Of a stretch of DNA of 64,000 bases, positions 46,394 through 58,933 are shown piece by piece. Every line of letters starts with the position of its first letter. The stretch's first letter is position 1. The notes below the pieces were generated by a model. The model saw only the letters and a program-made list of their open reading frames with translations, searched no databases and had not been told where the DNA came from. The translations under genes were made by a program, and so were the position numbers. Source of the stretch: Methanobacteriota archaeon (GTDB taxonomy: Archaea; Methanobacteriota; Methanobacteria; Methanobacteriales; Methanobacteriaceae); assembly GCA_963787255.1 (NCBI GenBank), contig CAWBCJ010000029.1, positions 320,001-384,000 of the forward strand, written 5' to 3'.

Positions 46394-46894
46394 ATGGAAA
46401 AACAAAGAACCCACATAATAAGTGCCCTTGTACTTCACAAGCCGGGTGTCCTCCAAAGGGTAGCAGGACTCTTTACAAGAAGAGGATTTAACATAGAAAG
46501 TATTACTGTTGGAACTTCAGAGCAAGAAGGTATTGCCAGAATGACTATCATTGCAAAAGGCGATGGAAAAGTCTTAGAACAGATAACAAAGCAGTTAAAC
46601 AAGATTATTGATGTCATTAAAGTTAGGGATCTCGAACCAGAAAATACTGTAAAAAGAGAGCTTTGCCTGATTAAAGTCCATTCACCAACAGAAAAGATTA
46701 GATCTGAAGTAATTCAATACGTAAATATCTTCAGAGGAAGAGTAATTGACGTAAGCCCTGAAACATTGACTGTAGAAATTACAGGTGCCTCCGATAAGAT
46801 TGACGCCCTTATAGACCTTGTTAAAACCTTTGGAATAAAGGAAATAGCAAGAACAGGCCCTACAGCAATGTCAAGAGGTTTAAAAACAATTTAA
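46394..46894 (+). CDS. ilvN: Acetolactate synthase small (regulatory) subunit
   Basis: ACT domain [43 protein letters not shown]. Confidence 0.95.
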   Translation: MEKQRTHIISALVLHKPGVLQRVAGLFTRRGFNIESITVGTSEQEGIARMTIIAKGDGKVLEQITKQLNKIIDVIKVRDLEPENTVKRELCLIKVHSPTEKIRSEVIQYVNIFRGRVIDVSPETLTVEITGASDKIDALIDLVKTFGIKEIARTGPTAMSRGLKTI

Positions 46895-47060
46895 ATCCCT
46901 CTTTTATTTTTTATATATTATTTAAAGAATTTCACGCAGATTGAAAAATAATGGATAATAAAATTTATAAATTAACCAGAGATAATATTCTAACAGAATT
47001 AATTTTTACCTTTCACTTGGTAAATTATTTATCTTATTTAAAGTCATCGGGAGGCATTAT

Positions 47061-48047
47061 ATGAACATACATTATGAAAAAGACGTAGATTTAGACGTTT
47101 TAAAGGATAAAACAATTGCAGTTATAGGTTACGGAAGTCAAGGAATGGCCCAGGCAAAAAACATGTCTGAAAGTGGTTTAAATGTTGTTGTCGGGCTCAG
47201 AGAAGGTGGAGCATCATGGAATGTTGCAAAAGCTGACGGTTTAGAAGTACTACCTGTTAAAGAAGCAGCTGCAAAAGCTGATATAATCCACATACTCATT
47301 CCTGACGAAATTCAGGCAGCAGTTTATGAAAGCGAAATTGCAGAAGGATTAGAAGAAGGAAACACACTTACATTCTCACACGGATACAATATACACTATG
47401 GATACATAAACCCACCAAAAAATGTTAACGTTGCAATGGTAGCACCAAAAGCACCGGGTGCAACAGTAAGAAGACAATACGAAGATGGATTTGGAGTTCC
47501 TGGACTTGTAGCTGTTGAACAGGACTTCACTGGAAACGCGAAAAACATTGTGCTTGCAATGGCCAAAGGATCAGGCCTTACAAGAGCCGGAGTTCTTGAA
47601 ACAACATTCAAAGAAGAAACAGAAACCGATTTATTCGGTGAACAAGCAGTACTCTGCGGAGGGGCAACAGAACTGATTAAAGCAGGATTCCAGACCCTTG
47701 TAGAAGCTGGTTACCAGCCAGAAATCGCTTACTTTGAAACATGCCACGAATTAAAACTTATAATCGACCTCATATACGAAAAAGGATTTGCTGGAATGTG
47801 GCACGATGTAAGTAACACTGCAGAATTCGGCGGGCTTACAAGAAGAGAAAGAATAATTAACGAAGAATCAAGAAAAGAAATGAAAAAGATTCTAGAAGAA
47901 ATCCAAAAAGGTAAATTTACTAGAGAATGGACTCTGGAAAATCAAGCTGGAACACCAATGCTCAACAGAATGAGGGACATGGAAGACGAACTTCAAATCG
48001 AAGAAGTTGGTACCAAACTCCGAAAGCTCTGCGGGTTACAAAAATAA
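47061..48047 (+). CDS. ilvC: Ketol-acid reductoisomerase
   Basis: [49 protein letters not shown]. Confidence 0.97.
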   Translation: MNIHYEKDVDLDVLKDKTIAVIGYGSQGMAQAKNMSESGLNVVVGLREGGASWNVAKADGLEVLPVKEAAAKADIIHILIPDEIQAAVYESEIAEGLEEGNTLTFSHGYNIHYGYINPPKNVNVAMVAPKAPGATVRRQYEDGFGVPGLVAVEQDFTGNAKNIVLAMAKGSGLTRAGVLETTFKEETETDLFGEQAVLCGGATELIKAGFQTLVEAGYQPEIAYFETCHELKLIIDLIYEKGFAGMWHDVSNTAEFGGLTRRERIINEESRKEMKKILEEIQKGKFTREWTLENQAGTPMLNRMRDMEDELQIEEVGTKLRKLCGLQK

Positions 48048-48132
48048 ATTTCCTTAACCAAAGGCTTCAAAAATATAATTTCTTTTTTTAATTTTTATGA
48101 TATTTTTGTAAAGCTAAAATAAAGGTGAATCT

Positions 48133-49125
48133 GTGGTATTTGTTGGAATGGATCACGGGACCACTGGAGTTTCCTTCAGTATCCTAGACGATGAAACATC
48201 ATTTTTCAAAATTTCAAGGGAAGACTGTTCCTCTGGAGAAGTTTCTGTAATTGAAGAACTTTCAAAAAGGATTAATCTGAATTCTATCGACCTCATGGCC
48301 ATAACCTATGCCATGGGTGACGCTCTTAATGCCGTAACCCCTATTAATAAGGTTATTGACCGAGGAATTCTCTCAATGGAAGGCGCTGGCAAGGTAACCG
48401 GTGGTGGAACTGCAGTTTACGATGAAATTGAAAATTCAGGGATTCCTACATTGGTAATACCTGGAATTCATAAAACAACTCCTTGTCTCGATGAAAGATT
48501 TAAGGCCGCTTATTCTCACCATGCAAGTTCAGAAAAAGTCAGCATATGTTATAATGCCTTCATGGAAACTGGATTTGAAAACATGATTGTTTCAGACATC
48601 AGTTCCAACACAGTAACCATGCTCATTGAAAATGGTGAAATTAAAGGAGCTGTAGACGCCTGCCTTGGCGCTATGGGTATTATTCATGGTCCACTTGATC
48701 TTGAAATGCTCAGAGATATAGATAATGGGATGAAAACTGCCAATGAATGCTTTTCAAGAGCTGGAGCAGTGAAGATCGCCGATGTGGATGAAAAGATCAG
48801 TAAGATCAAGGATAAAATCATCCAAAACTATTTAGCCCAGGATGAAAAGGCCAAACTTGCAATTGAAACCATGATCATGACTATAGTGATGGAAATTTAT
48901 GGATTAGCTGGAATTACAAAAAAAGTTGAAGGAATTGTTTTAACCGGTTCAATTGGTTCGATGCGGTACCCTATTGATATTTTCAGTGCTATAAAAAAAG
49001 AAATTGGGTGTATTGCTCCAGTTGTATATATTGGAGAGAGATCAGGGTCTCTTGGAAGTGCTCAAATTGCTAAAGCTGTTTTTGAGGGTGAAAAGGATAT
49101 TTTAGGGATCCCCATAATTTTTTAG
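48133..49125 (+). CDS. Methanogenesis marker protein 12 (ASKHA fold)
   Basis: VFVGMDHGTTG, TYAMGD, GAGKVTGGG, YSHHASSEK, DISSNTV, HGPLD. Confidence 0.8.
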   Translation: MVFVGMDHGTTGVSFSILDDETSFFKISREDCSSGEVSVIEELSKRINLNSIDLMAITYAMGDALNAVTPINKVIDRGILSMEGAGKVTGGGTAVYDEIENSGIPTLVIPGIHKTTPCLDERFKAAYSHHASSEKVSICYNAFMETGFENMIVSDISSNTVTMLIENGEIKGAVDACLGAMGIIHGPLDLEMLRDIDNGMKTANECFSRAGAVKIADVDEKISKIKDKIIQNYLAQDEKAKLAIETMIMTIVMEIYGLAGITKKVEGIVLTGSIGSMRYPIDIFSAIKKEIGCIAPVVYIGERSGSLGSAQIAKAVFEGEKDILGIPIIF

Positions 49126-49425
49126 TTAACCCCCACCTACACCAGGACCATCATTGGTGTCAGAAATCTCAACTGGAATTTTCACTTTAAATTGCCTTGA
49201 CTTCGATTTAGGCCTATTCGACTTTGGATTTATAGGGGCATTTTTACCTTCAATAACTGCAATATAATCACTTCTATAATAAAGACCGCTGGAATCAAGC
49301 TTAATCCATGCTATTTCTTCTTTAATCAAAATTTTATCCACTTTACCCAATGTGTGGGTTCCAATGTACTTTACTTGCAGTCCATTGCTGATTTTTTTTC
49401 CATTCACGTCTAAAACTTCCATCAA
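49126..49425 (-). CDS. DUF2098 family small methanogen protein
   Basis: VKYIGTHTLGKV, WIKLDSSGLYYR, C-terminal GGG. Confidence 0.7.
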   Translation of the reverse strand: MMEVLDVNGKKISNGLQVKYIGTHTLGKVDKILIKEEIAWIKLDSSGLYYRSDYIAVIEGKNAPINPKSNRPKSKSRQFKVKIPVEISDTNDGPGVGGG

Positions 49426-49464
49426 ATCACGTTTGATTTAGTTTAAAAAAAATAATTATTGACT

Positions 49465-50241
49465 TTATTCAAGCCAGTTTTTCATTAAATTAACGTCTGC
49501 AGTGCAATCAATAGATATTGGAGTTACTGTAGGGCATTTCATGTTTTTAAGAGTTCCAACATCTGTTCCCTCTTCATCTGTTCCAATTGGGTCTCCATCT
49601 ATCCAGTAATACTCCCTACCCCTTGGATCTAACCTTTTTTGTATGTGAATCGAATACATTTTTCTTCCAAGCCTTGTTAATTTGATTTTATGGCTTTCAG
49701 GATGTGAAGGAATGTTTACATTTAAAAAGTCGATTCCATCAGGAAGTCCTTTATTTATAATTCTTTTTGATAGTTTTCTGGTGATTTTCTGGGCGAAATC
49801 AAAATCAAGGTCAACGTGACCGTCGTGAAATTTAATATCATCTCTTGTAACCTGCATTGAAAGCGCCAGTGCAGGTACTCCATGAACTACCGCTTCCATG
49901 GCGGCGCCTATGGTACCGGAAGTAGTAAGTTCGGCCATGCCCAGATTTTCCCCAATATTAATACCGGAAATAAGTAAATCAGGCTTTTTATTCATTATTT
50001 CGTAAATTCCAAGTATTACCGCGTCTGTTGGTGTTCCCGAAACTGAATGTGCGTGACTTCCATCTAACAAAGTTGCTAAAGAAACTCTTATTGGCTCAAA
50101 TAGCGTTAGTGCATGTCCTATACCACTTTGTTGTGTTGCAGGCGCCACAACGTCAATTTCTCCAAGTCCGCTTACAGCATTTTTTGCTGCTACAATTCCT
50201 GAAGAGTTCACTCCGTCATCATTAGTTATCAAAATTCGCAT
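49465..50241 (-). CDS. surE: 5'/3'-nucleotidase SurE
   Basis: ILITNDDG, APATQQSGIG, SGTPTDAV, SGINIGEN, SGTIGAAME, TPI. Confidence 0.96.
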   Translation of the reverse strand: MRILITNDDGVNSSGIVAAKNAVSGLGEIDVVAPATQQSGIGHALTLFEPIRVSLATLLDGSHAHSVSGTPTDAVILGIYEIMNKKPDLLISGINIGENLGMAELTTSGTIGAAMEAVVHGVPALALSMQVTRDDIKFHDGHVDLDFDFAQKITRKLSKRIINKGLPDGIDFLNVNIPSHPESHKIKLTRLGRKMYSIHIQKRLDPRGREYYWIDGDPIGTDEEGTDVGTLKNMKCPTVTPISIDCTADVNLMKNWLE

Positions 50242-50543
50242 ACACCATATTTATTTTTAGACTCTAAAAAAGTTTATCCAAAAATTTAATAAAAAAAAAT
50301 AATGACTACTAGAAATTAAAGAGGTGGATATTATTTGTGAAGTTTGGATTAGCTCACATAACTCTATGACCTAAAAATACAATTTATGGATAAAAATTAC
50401 TGCCAAAACTATCAGCACCCCAAAGCTTGATAGTCATATATCGTTAAAAGTAAATACTACATAATAAATAATGGAAATGGGGTTTAATATAATCATTATT
50501 TAATATATAAAAATTATATTTTTAATTCTCACATTTGTAAAGG

Positions 50544-51326
50544 GTGAGGGCATTGGAAAAAAAGAGATTGGTAGATTTCGTTGCAAAAATAATGGAAAAA
50601 TCAGGATTTAAAGTACAAACAAACTACAGAACATCGAAATATGTCGTAGATGTATATGGCATACTACCAACCGTTTTAGGAGATATAGGCGTAGTAGTGG
50701 CTTGTAAAAACTACGAAGAGCGCTGGAAAGTTGGTATGGACGTGCTTAAAGAGATGGAGATGACTGCAAAAACCCTTCAAGCTTCTAAAGTAGTTGTAAT
50801 AACCACATCTGATTTTTCAGAAAATGCTGTAAGCTATGCGGATAGGAGAGGCATTAAACTAATAAATAAAGATGGATTAATGGTCCTTGCAAAAAAATTC
50901 TCTAAAAAAACAGAAACCTACGAAAATACAGATAATGATTTAGAAGAAAGGGAAGATGTTGACGATGAAGATTTCATTCCATCAAAGTTTACAGGAAGTT
51001 CATTTATGAGCAAAGGGAAAAGAGGATCGCTTTCTGGAAGAAGGAGAAGTAATATATCAAACAAACTTCAAGCATGGAGTAAGGCCATCTTAGGCAGTAC
51101 AATAGGGCTTATTATAATTGTATTAGCAGTTTCAACACTTTTAACTTATCTTATCCAAAGTCCAAATCAAGCACTGTCAGGAATCTTAAAGATTTTCTTT
51201 GCTGCTGTTTTGTCTTATGGTATTGTAATTGCTTTAGAACGGGATTTAATGGTAACCCTTATAAAAGGCAGCACTGTATTTTTCGTGACACTTATAATTT
51301 ACATAGCTTTGATTATTTTCATCTAA
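50544..51326 (+). CDS. Mrr-like restriction endonuclease-fold protein with C-terminal transmembrane helices
   Basis: GFKV, VDVYG, VVVACKNY, ITTSDFSENA, GIKLIN (Mrr_cat pattern), then an acidic/basic linker and three hydrophobic helices. Confidence 0.72.
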   Translation: MRALEKKRLVDFVAKIMEKSGFKVQTNYRTSKYVVDVYGILPTVLGDIGVVVACKNYEERWKVGMDVLKEMEMTAKTLQASKVVVITTSDFSENAVSYADRRGIKLINKDGLMVLAKKFSKKTETYENTDNDLEEREDVDDEDFIPSKFTGSSFMSKGKRGSLSGRRRSNISNKLQAWSKAILGSTIGLIIIVLAVSTLLTYLIQSPNQALSGILKIFFAAVLSYGIVIALERDLMVTLIKGSTVFFVTLIIYIALIIFI

Positions 51327-51445
51327 CAGCTTTCAAATCAAAGCTATTAAAACTTTAGTTTACTAAAATTTAGAAAAAATCATTTTATGATTGTTTTAAA
51401 ATAAGTTTAATTTATTAATTCGGAAAATAGAGTTTTAATTCTTAG

Positions 51446-51518
<73 letters not shown>

Positions 51519-51722
51519 AGTCAGTATTTTCAAGTATTGGCGAGCAGTATATATAAACTTTTCTGCTTGGTTTTAAAAAATGAATTTTTATAAACCCGCG
51601 CTTATTATATATTACTAATTAACAATCCAATAGTTGAATATTAAAAATTAATGGATTAAATTATAACTATAACATAATTCTTTGTGTTTAATATAATGTT
51701 AAAGTAAAAAAGAGGAATTTTT

Positions 51723-52646
51723 ATGGCTTTCAATGAAAATGGGAAAATATGGTTCAATGGAGAACTGGTTGACTGGAAAGATGCAAATATACATGTTCTA
51801 TCTCACGTTGTTCATTACGGTTCAAGTGTATTTGAAGGTATTAGATGTTATAACACAAAAAACGGCCCTGCAGTATTTCGTTTGCGGGAGCACGTTGAAA
51901 GGTTGTTTAATTCAGGGAAAATTTATAGAATGGATATTCCCTACACTGTAGATGAACTCTGTGATGCTATAATAGAAATAATTAAGGTTAATGATTTAAA
52001 AGATTGCTACATAAGACCTGTTGCATTTAGAGGATACCATGAATTGGGCGTTTATCCCTTGAATTGCCCCTTAGAAACTGTTATTGCAGCATGGGAATGG
52101 GGAAAGTACCTCGGTGAAGATGCAATTGAAAATGGGGTAGATCTTGGTGTTTCCACATGGAGGCGAATGGCGCCAAATACCCTCCCTAATATGGCCAAGG
52201 CCGGAGCCAACTATATGAATTCTCAGCTTGCGAAGATGGAATCTGTGTTCAATGGTTTTGATGAGGCAATAATGCTAGAATACAATGGGAGTGTCAGTGA
52301 AGGAAGCGGTGAAAACATATTTTTAGTTAAAGATGATATGATTTATACCCCTCATTCTTCTTTATCAATACTTTCAGGAATAACAAGGGACTCTGTAATT
52401 AAACTAGCAGAAGATGAAGGAATAGAAGTAAATGAAGAACCAATACCTAGAGAAATGCTTTATCTAGCTGATGAAATCTTTTTAACCGGTACCGCTGCTG
52501 AAATCACCCCAGTAAGATCTGTAGATAAAATAACAATTGGAACTGGAAAAAGAGGTCCAGTAACTGAAAAATTACAGACTAAATTCTTCAATATTGTTGA
52601 AGGTGAGGATGAAGATAATTTTGGCTGGTTGACTTTTGTAGAATGA
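51723..52646 (+). CDS. ilvE: Branched-chain amino acid aminotransferase
   Basis: [24 protein letters not shown] (PLP Lys), [22 protein letters not shown]. Confidence 0.96.
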   Translation: MAFNENGKIWFNGELVDWKDANIHVLSHVVHYGSSVFEGIRCYNTKNGPAVFRLREHVERLFNSGKIYRMDIPYTVDELCDAIIEIIKVNDLKDCYIRPVAFRGYHELGVYPLNCPLETVIAAWEWGKYLGEDAIENGVDLGVSTWRRMAPNTLPNMAKAGANYMNSQLAKMESVFNGFDEAIMLEYNGSVSEGSGENIFLVKDDMIYTPHSSLSILSGITRDSVIKLAEDEGIEVNEEPIPREMLYLADEIFLTGTAAEITPVRSVDKITIGTGKRGPVTEKLQTKFFNIVEGEDEDNFGWLTFVE

Positions 52647-52681
52647 ACACATTCTATTTTTATTTTTGAAAGAAAATGTAA

Positions 52682-52723
52682 TAAGGTTTAAGTTATTAGT
52701 TTTAAGTTATAACTTATCAGTCA
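52682..52723. repeat. Second in-phase heptad cluster (TAA[G/C]TTA)
   Basis: TAAGGTT TAAGTTA TTAGTTT TAAGTTA TAACTTA TCAGTCA in the ilvE-uppP intergenic region. TTAGTTTTAAGTTA matches the main array exactly. Confidence 0.7.
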
Positions 52724-52844
52724 AATTATAAATAGAAGCATAATTAAAAGAATAAAAGTAAAAAGTGATAAAGAAGTTATTTAGTTCTTAAAGCTCTTTA
52801 AATCAATTTAATTTTATAATATTTGTTAATAATTAGGTGAAATA

Positions 52845-53687
52845 ATGGATACTACTATAATAGGAATCATCATAGGAATAGTTCAGGGGTTAACAGAGTT
52901 TCTACCAGTAAGCAGTTCTGCACATCTCGTTTTCATGCATGCGCTTACAGGATTCAATTCAGAATCAAATTTAGCTTTCGATACTGTATTGCACTTGGGA
53001 TCACTGGTTGCAGTTATAATTTATTTCTGGAATGATGTAATTCACATGCTGAAGTCATTCTTCTCCAGTCTAATGGATATACCTCGCCGTCAATTTAAAA
53101 AAGGTATTAAAGAGGATAAGTTTAAGAAACTAGCATGGTTTGTAATAATCGGTACAATACCTGCTGGATTAGCTGGATATTTCTTCAAAGACTTTTTTGA
53201 AAGTCTTTTTAGTGATATAACTGCAGTGGCATTCTTCTTACTAATAACCGGTTTTATACTTTGGGGATCAGAAATGGTATCAAGAAAGACCCAAAAAAAG
53301 AGCAGTTTGAAAGAAATGAGCGTCAAAAACTCTCTTATAATTGGTATTGCCCAGGCATGCGCTATTGCTCCCGGTATTTCCCGTTCAGGAGCTACAATAT
53401 CTGCAGGTTTGTTTTTAGGACTTGAAAGAGAATTAGCAGCTCGATACAGCTTTTTACTTTCCATACCTGCTATTTTAGGGGCAGCTTTGGTTCAGGTGAA
53501 AGACATAGGTGCTGGCTTAGATATTAATACTGGCGCTTTCGTAGGTGGATTTATTGCAGCAGCCATATCTGGTTATCTGGCCATTAAATTAATGTTAAAA
53601 TTAGTAAAAGAGAGAGATTTGCTATTCTTTGCTTATTACTGCTGGATCGTTGGAGCTTTCGTCTTAATCTGGACTTTAGTTCTTTAA
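52845..53687 (+). CDS. uppP: Undecaprenyl-diphosphate phosphatase (BacA family)
   Basis: VQGLTEFLPVSSSAHL, HLGS, QACAIAPGISRSGATIS, YSFLLSIP. Confidence 0.95.
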   Translation: MDTTIIGIIIGIVQGLTEFLPVSSSAHLVFMHALTGFNSESNLAFDTVLHLGSLVAVIIYFWNDVIHMLKSFFSSLMDIPRRQFKKGIKEDKFKKLAWFVIIGTIPAGLAGYFFKDFFESLFSDITAVAFFLLITGFILWGSEMVSRKTQKKSSLKEMSVKNSLIIGIAQACAIAPGISRSGATISAGLFLGLERELAARYSFLLSIPAILGAALVQVKDIGAGLDINTGAFVGGFIAAAISGYLAIKLMLKLVKERDLLFFAYYCWIVGAFVLIWTLVL

Positions 53688-53694
53688 ACTCTCT

Positions 53695-53901
53695 TTATTC
53701 TTTTTCTTCTTCTTCGAATATGAATAAGTCGTCGATTTTGGTTTTTAAAACAACAGCTATATCATGAGCTAGTTTTAGTGAAGGGTTATATTTACCCTTT
53801 TCAAGGAAAACTATGGTTTCTCTTCTAACACCGACTTTTTCTGCAAGTTCTGCTTGAGTTAAATTGTGTCTGGCTCGGAATTCTTTAATTCTAGTTCTCA
53901 T
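53695..53901 (-). CDS. XRE/Cro family HTH transcriptional regulator
   Basis: [32 protein letters not shown]. Confidence 0.93.
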   Translation of the reverse strand: MRTRIKEFRARHNLTQAELAEKVGVRRETIVFLEKGKYNPSLKLAHDIAVVLKTKIDDLFIFEEEEKE

Positions 53902-53973
53902 AAGATCCCATTAATTGATAGTTAAATCTTATTTCAACATGTTCTATTTTTTTAGATATTATTTCATATTCTT

Positions 53974-54543
53974 TCAATCGATATAGTCTATATCCCCTAT
54001 ACGGCTTAAAATTGCGTTAGCTACAAGCATTGTTGATATCATGACAAAAATTGTTAGTCCCATTAACTCTATAGGGTCATGAATTCTCTGCGACCAGTAC
54101 ATGGATACTACTAAGAAAGAAACAAACACTAAGGTTATGTACCATGACCATGTTGTTGCTAATGTTCCAATTTTCCTTAAACGCTCATCCTTGGCTGTCT
54201 TTTCCATTCCAATAGAAGCAAAAAAGCTTGATACATAAATTAAAATACCTAATAGTAATCCTATAGCAGCAAAATCATTCATTGTTTTTGTAGCCATTAA
54301 ATAAAATGAATCAACAAGTAATATGGCTGATCCAAGCCATATACTTATTTTATACATATCATAATTCCTTTCATGCTTTTTATTTTCTTTTTTTTCTCTA
54401 TTTTCGGTAGCTTTATCATAAACAGGAACTAAAAAGAACAGGAAAAATGCAAAAAATGCATAATATACTGGGTTCTCTAATACATACCCTAAAAGACCTA
54501 AAATTCCGAGAATACCCCAGAAATAATTAAATTTTGTTTTCAT
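53974..54543 (-). CDS. Membrane protein (DUF3796-like N-terminus plus DUF2178-like C-terminus)
   Basis: WGILGILGLLG..YYAFFAFFLFF, then KDER...ATTWSW between hydrophobic helices. Sits upstream of an XRE gene, a common pairing. Confidence 0.6.
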   Translation of the reverse strand: MKTKFNYFWGILGILGLLGYVLENPVYYAFFAFFLFFLVPVYDKATENREKKENKKHERNYDMYKISIWLGSAILLVDSFYLMATKTMNDFAAIGLLLGILIYVSSFFASIGMEKTAKDERLRKIGTLATTWSWYITLVFVSFLVVSMYWSQRIHDPIELMGLTIFVMISTMLVANAILSRIGDIDYID

Positions 54544-54584
54544 TTTTATCACATCTTTCAATAGTTATTTATTTCAAACATAAT

Positions 54585-54621
54585 GTTAAAAATTTCTAAC
54601 TTCATGTTGTATAATTCTAAC
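54585..54621. promoter_or_regulatory. Two tandem 16-bp imperfect palindromes (candidate XRE operators)
   Basis: GTTAAAAATTTCTAAC (54585-54600) and GTTGTATAATTCTAAC (54606-54621), 21 bp apart, just downstream of a minus-strand TTTAAATA box. Confidence 0.55.
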
Positions 54622-54663
54622 ATAATACTATTTAAATCTTTTCATTATACCTAAAAAAAATAA

Positions 54664-55361
54664 TCACTTCAAAAGAATAGAATAAGCACCAAAATAGAAA
54701 TCATACCAAGAAATATAGTGATTAGTGAGTATATAAACCCACCATGTACTCCAGAAAACCTCCAAAACTGCAGCTATAGCTAAAAGCAAGAAAATCCTTA
54801 ATACTAATGGTAAAAAATCTTTCAAAACACTGTTTTTAAAAATATTAACATCCTTATCTCTAAGAGCGTTAAAAAAGGGAATATAAAATTTAAAAAATCC
54901 ATCTATAGTCAATAATGCAGCTAAAAATTCAAAGTAAATGTGAAAAGAACCCAAAATAACTAAAATTCCAGTATTAAACCCTAATTTTTCAATTAGAAAA
55001 AAAGTTGTTGTTCCCATTTTCATGAAAAGTCCGATCAAAATAACTGGAAATATGGCAACTCCAGAAAAAACACATAAAAGCGCTAAAATTACGTTATTTA
55101 AAAAAATATTAAAAGAAACTGCCCCAAGATAATAAAAAAACTGATTTAAAAAGTAATCAAACGTAATAACCTCTGGTAGTTGTATTTGTGCATCTATATT
55201 GCTCAAAAATAATCCATCCGGAAAAGTTGAATGGTGCTTGATCTAGGATTCATAAAGGCAAAGACTATTCCCAGTATATAAAATAGAATACAAACTACAA
55301 AAATCTCTTTAGAAGGTATAAATCCAGCAAAAAAAATTTTTAGTGATTTTAAGTAATTCAT
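54664..55361 (-). CDS. Stage II sporulation protein M-like (DUF95) membrane protein (frameshift near 55240)
   Basis: IFLNNVILALL, H...E (FHIYFEFLA), LLAIAAVLEV. The upstream frame from ATG 55361 supplies the first TM helix. Confidence 0.7.
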
Positions 55362-55386
55362 AAACCTGAGATAATGATACTATTGT

Positions 55387-56454
55387 TTAGAAGATTTTTT
55401 TACAAAGATCCTCAACTTTCAACCTTATATCGTCCATTTTTGCATTTTTTAATGTTGCAGCAAACATAGCGCCTCCAGCTCCCACCCCTTCCTTCACGGA
55501 ACCTTCCAAATAGCTTTTAAGTCCTGCAACCGACGATTTTTCAAACTCCGGATCCAAAGCAAAAATTGAAATATCAGCAATCTGACCAGTTATATAATTT
55601 ATATCAGAAGTTTCATCCTCTGCAACAAAAATGGTTGTTGCAATGCATAAATTAGAAAAATCAAATTCATGTTTAATTCCTTTAATAACTGAGCATACTG
55701 CTGTCATCTGTGTACCGCCTGCAAGTGTAACTGGAATGGATGAACCTATTACAATCCCTGCAACAGCCGGAATCATTGGATCTCCTACTATTTCAACTGC
55801 ACGTAGAGCATCCTCTACAACATCGCCTTTTTCATAACCTGCAGCTTTAAGACCTTCCAGTACTACTTCATGCTTTAAATTATGTGGATTTTCAGGCATG
55901 CTGCCACTGACCTTCATTCTTGCATCGTATCCAAGCGCTGTTAAAACTCCTAAAGCAGTAGTTGTGCCTGCAGGAGTGCTTTCTCCGATTATAAGATGAT
56001 CAGTTATTTTTGATAAAATTTTACCAAGCATTATTCCTTTTTCAAATATATCCCTTGCATTAGGTACTGAATTCCCAGTTCTTATATCTCCACCGGCTTT
56101 ATCGCCCAACTTAATATAAGGGATGTCTGGTTTTATCCTAGCACCAGCATCAGCAACCATTATGGGAATATCGGCAATTTCGAGGCATGCTTTTGTTATT
56201 ACAGCAGGTGTTGGAGCAGGTTCATTCCCAACTACTGTTTGAGGGATTTGTGGAAGACATTTTGGCGCTCCATGCATTACAAGCTCTAAATCAGCTGCAG
56301 GTGTATAATCTGTTAATTTTGGTGTAGCACCTGCACCGGTGATTCCGGGAATGTTGGATGTTTTTGTAGTCGCGATAACGCATAAAAATAAAGGATTCTT
56401 ATTTTTAAGTTTTTCTAGGATTTCTGATGAGCCGTAGCATTTAATATTGTCCAT
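55387..56454 (-). CDS. cobT: Archaeal nicotinate-mononucleotide:base phosphoribosyltransferase (CobT)
   Basis: IPGITGAG, YTPAAD, PTPAVIT, GESTPAGTTTALGVL, LAGGTQM, VKEGVGAGG. Confidence 0.88.
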   Translation of the reverse strand: MDNIKCYGSSEILEKLKNKNPLFLCVIATTKTSNIPGITGAGATPKLTDYTPAADLELVMHGAPKCLPQIPQTVVGNEPAPTPAVITKACLEIADIPIMVADAGARIKPDIPYIKLGDKAGGDIRTGNSVPNARDIFEKGIMLGKILSKITDHLIIGESTPAGTTTALGVLTALGYDARMKVSGSMPENPHNLKHEVVLEGLKAAGYEKGDVVEDALRAVEIVGDPMIPAVAGIVIGSSIPVTLAGGTQMTAVCSVIKGIKHEFDFSNLCIATTIFVAEDETSDINYITGQIADISIFALDPEFEKSSVAGLKSYLEGSVKEGVGAGGAMFAATLKNAKMDDIRLKVEDLCKKIF

Positions 56455-56595
56455 TGTACCACCATTGAAATTTATTAATGACAAAATTAAATATGAATAT
56501 AGTTATTAACTACTTCAATATATGGATTTAATTTTAACTATTAACTTGAAGATGAAGAATGAAAGTATATTATGATTTATACAGAATAAAATTGA

Positions 56596-58260
<1,665 letters not shown>

Positions 58261-58312
58261 GGGTTGATCAAAAATTTAAGGAGAATATAATAATTTTTCA
58301 TAGGTCATCATT

Positions 58313-58879
58313 ATGGTAAAGATAAACTTTATAACTGGTAACAAACACAAAGTAAAAGAAGCCAAAGGAATTTTTCAAAAATTTGGCATTGAACTTGCGC
58401 ATACTGATCTTGGATACCCTGAAATACAGGGGGATCTTGAAGATGTAGCCAAATTTGGCGCAAAATATGCTGCAAACAAGTTAAAAGGGCCAGTCATAGT
58501 AGAAGATGCCGGTCTTTTTATTAAAGCCTTGAAATGGTTTCCAGGGACTTATTCGTCCTACGTGCAGGGAACTCTTACTAACAAAGGCATTTTAAAGCTC
58601 ATGAATAATGTTGAAGACAGATACGCCGAATTCAGGTCGGTTGTTGGGTATTGCACTCTCAAATCCGAGCCCGAGGTTTTTCTAGGCGCTGTTAGTGGAC
58701 ATATATCATACGAAGAGCGGGGAGATCATGGATTTGCTTACGATCCGCTTTTTATTCCAGAAGGATTTAATAAAACCTTTGGAGAGCTTACAAGAAGTGA
58801 AAAAAATGAATTTTCTCATAGAAGAAGATCACTTGAAAAATTTGCATCCTGGTTAAATGAGAATGCATATGGTGATTAG
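58313..58879 (+). CDS. rdgB: Non-canonical purine NTP pyrophosphatase (Ham1/RdgB)
   Basis: [38 protein letters not shown]. Confidence 0.95.
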   Translation: MVKINFITGNKHKVKEAKGIFQKFGIELAHTDLGYPEIQGDLEDVAKFGAKYAANKLKGPVIVEDAGLFIKALKWFPGTYSSYVQGTLTNKGILKLMNNVEDRYAEFRSVVGYCTLKSEPEVFLGAVSGHISYEERGDHGFAYDPLFIPEGFNKTFGELTRSEKNEFSHRRRSLEKFASWLNENAYGD

Positions 58880-58933
58880 GTAATAATATGGAAATTCTAT
58901 CAAACTAACTAACTTTAAATTAGAGGTGATTTT

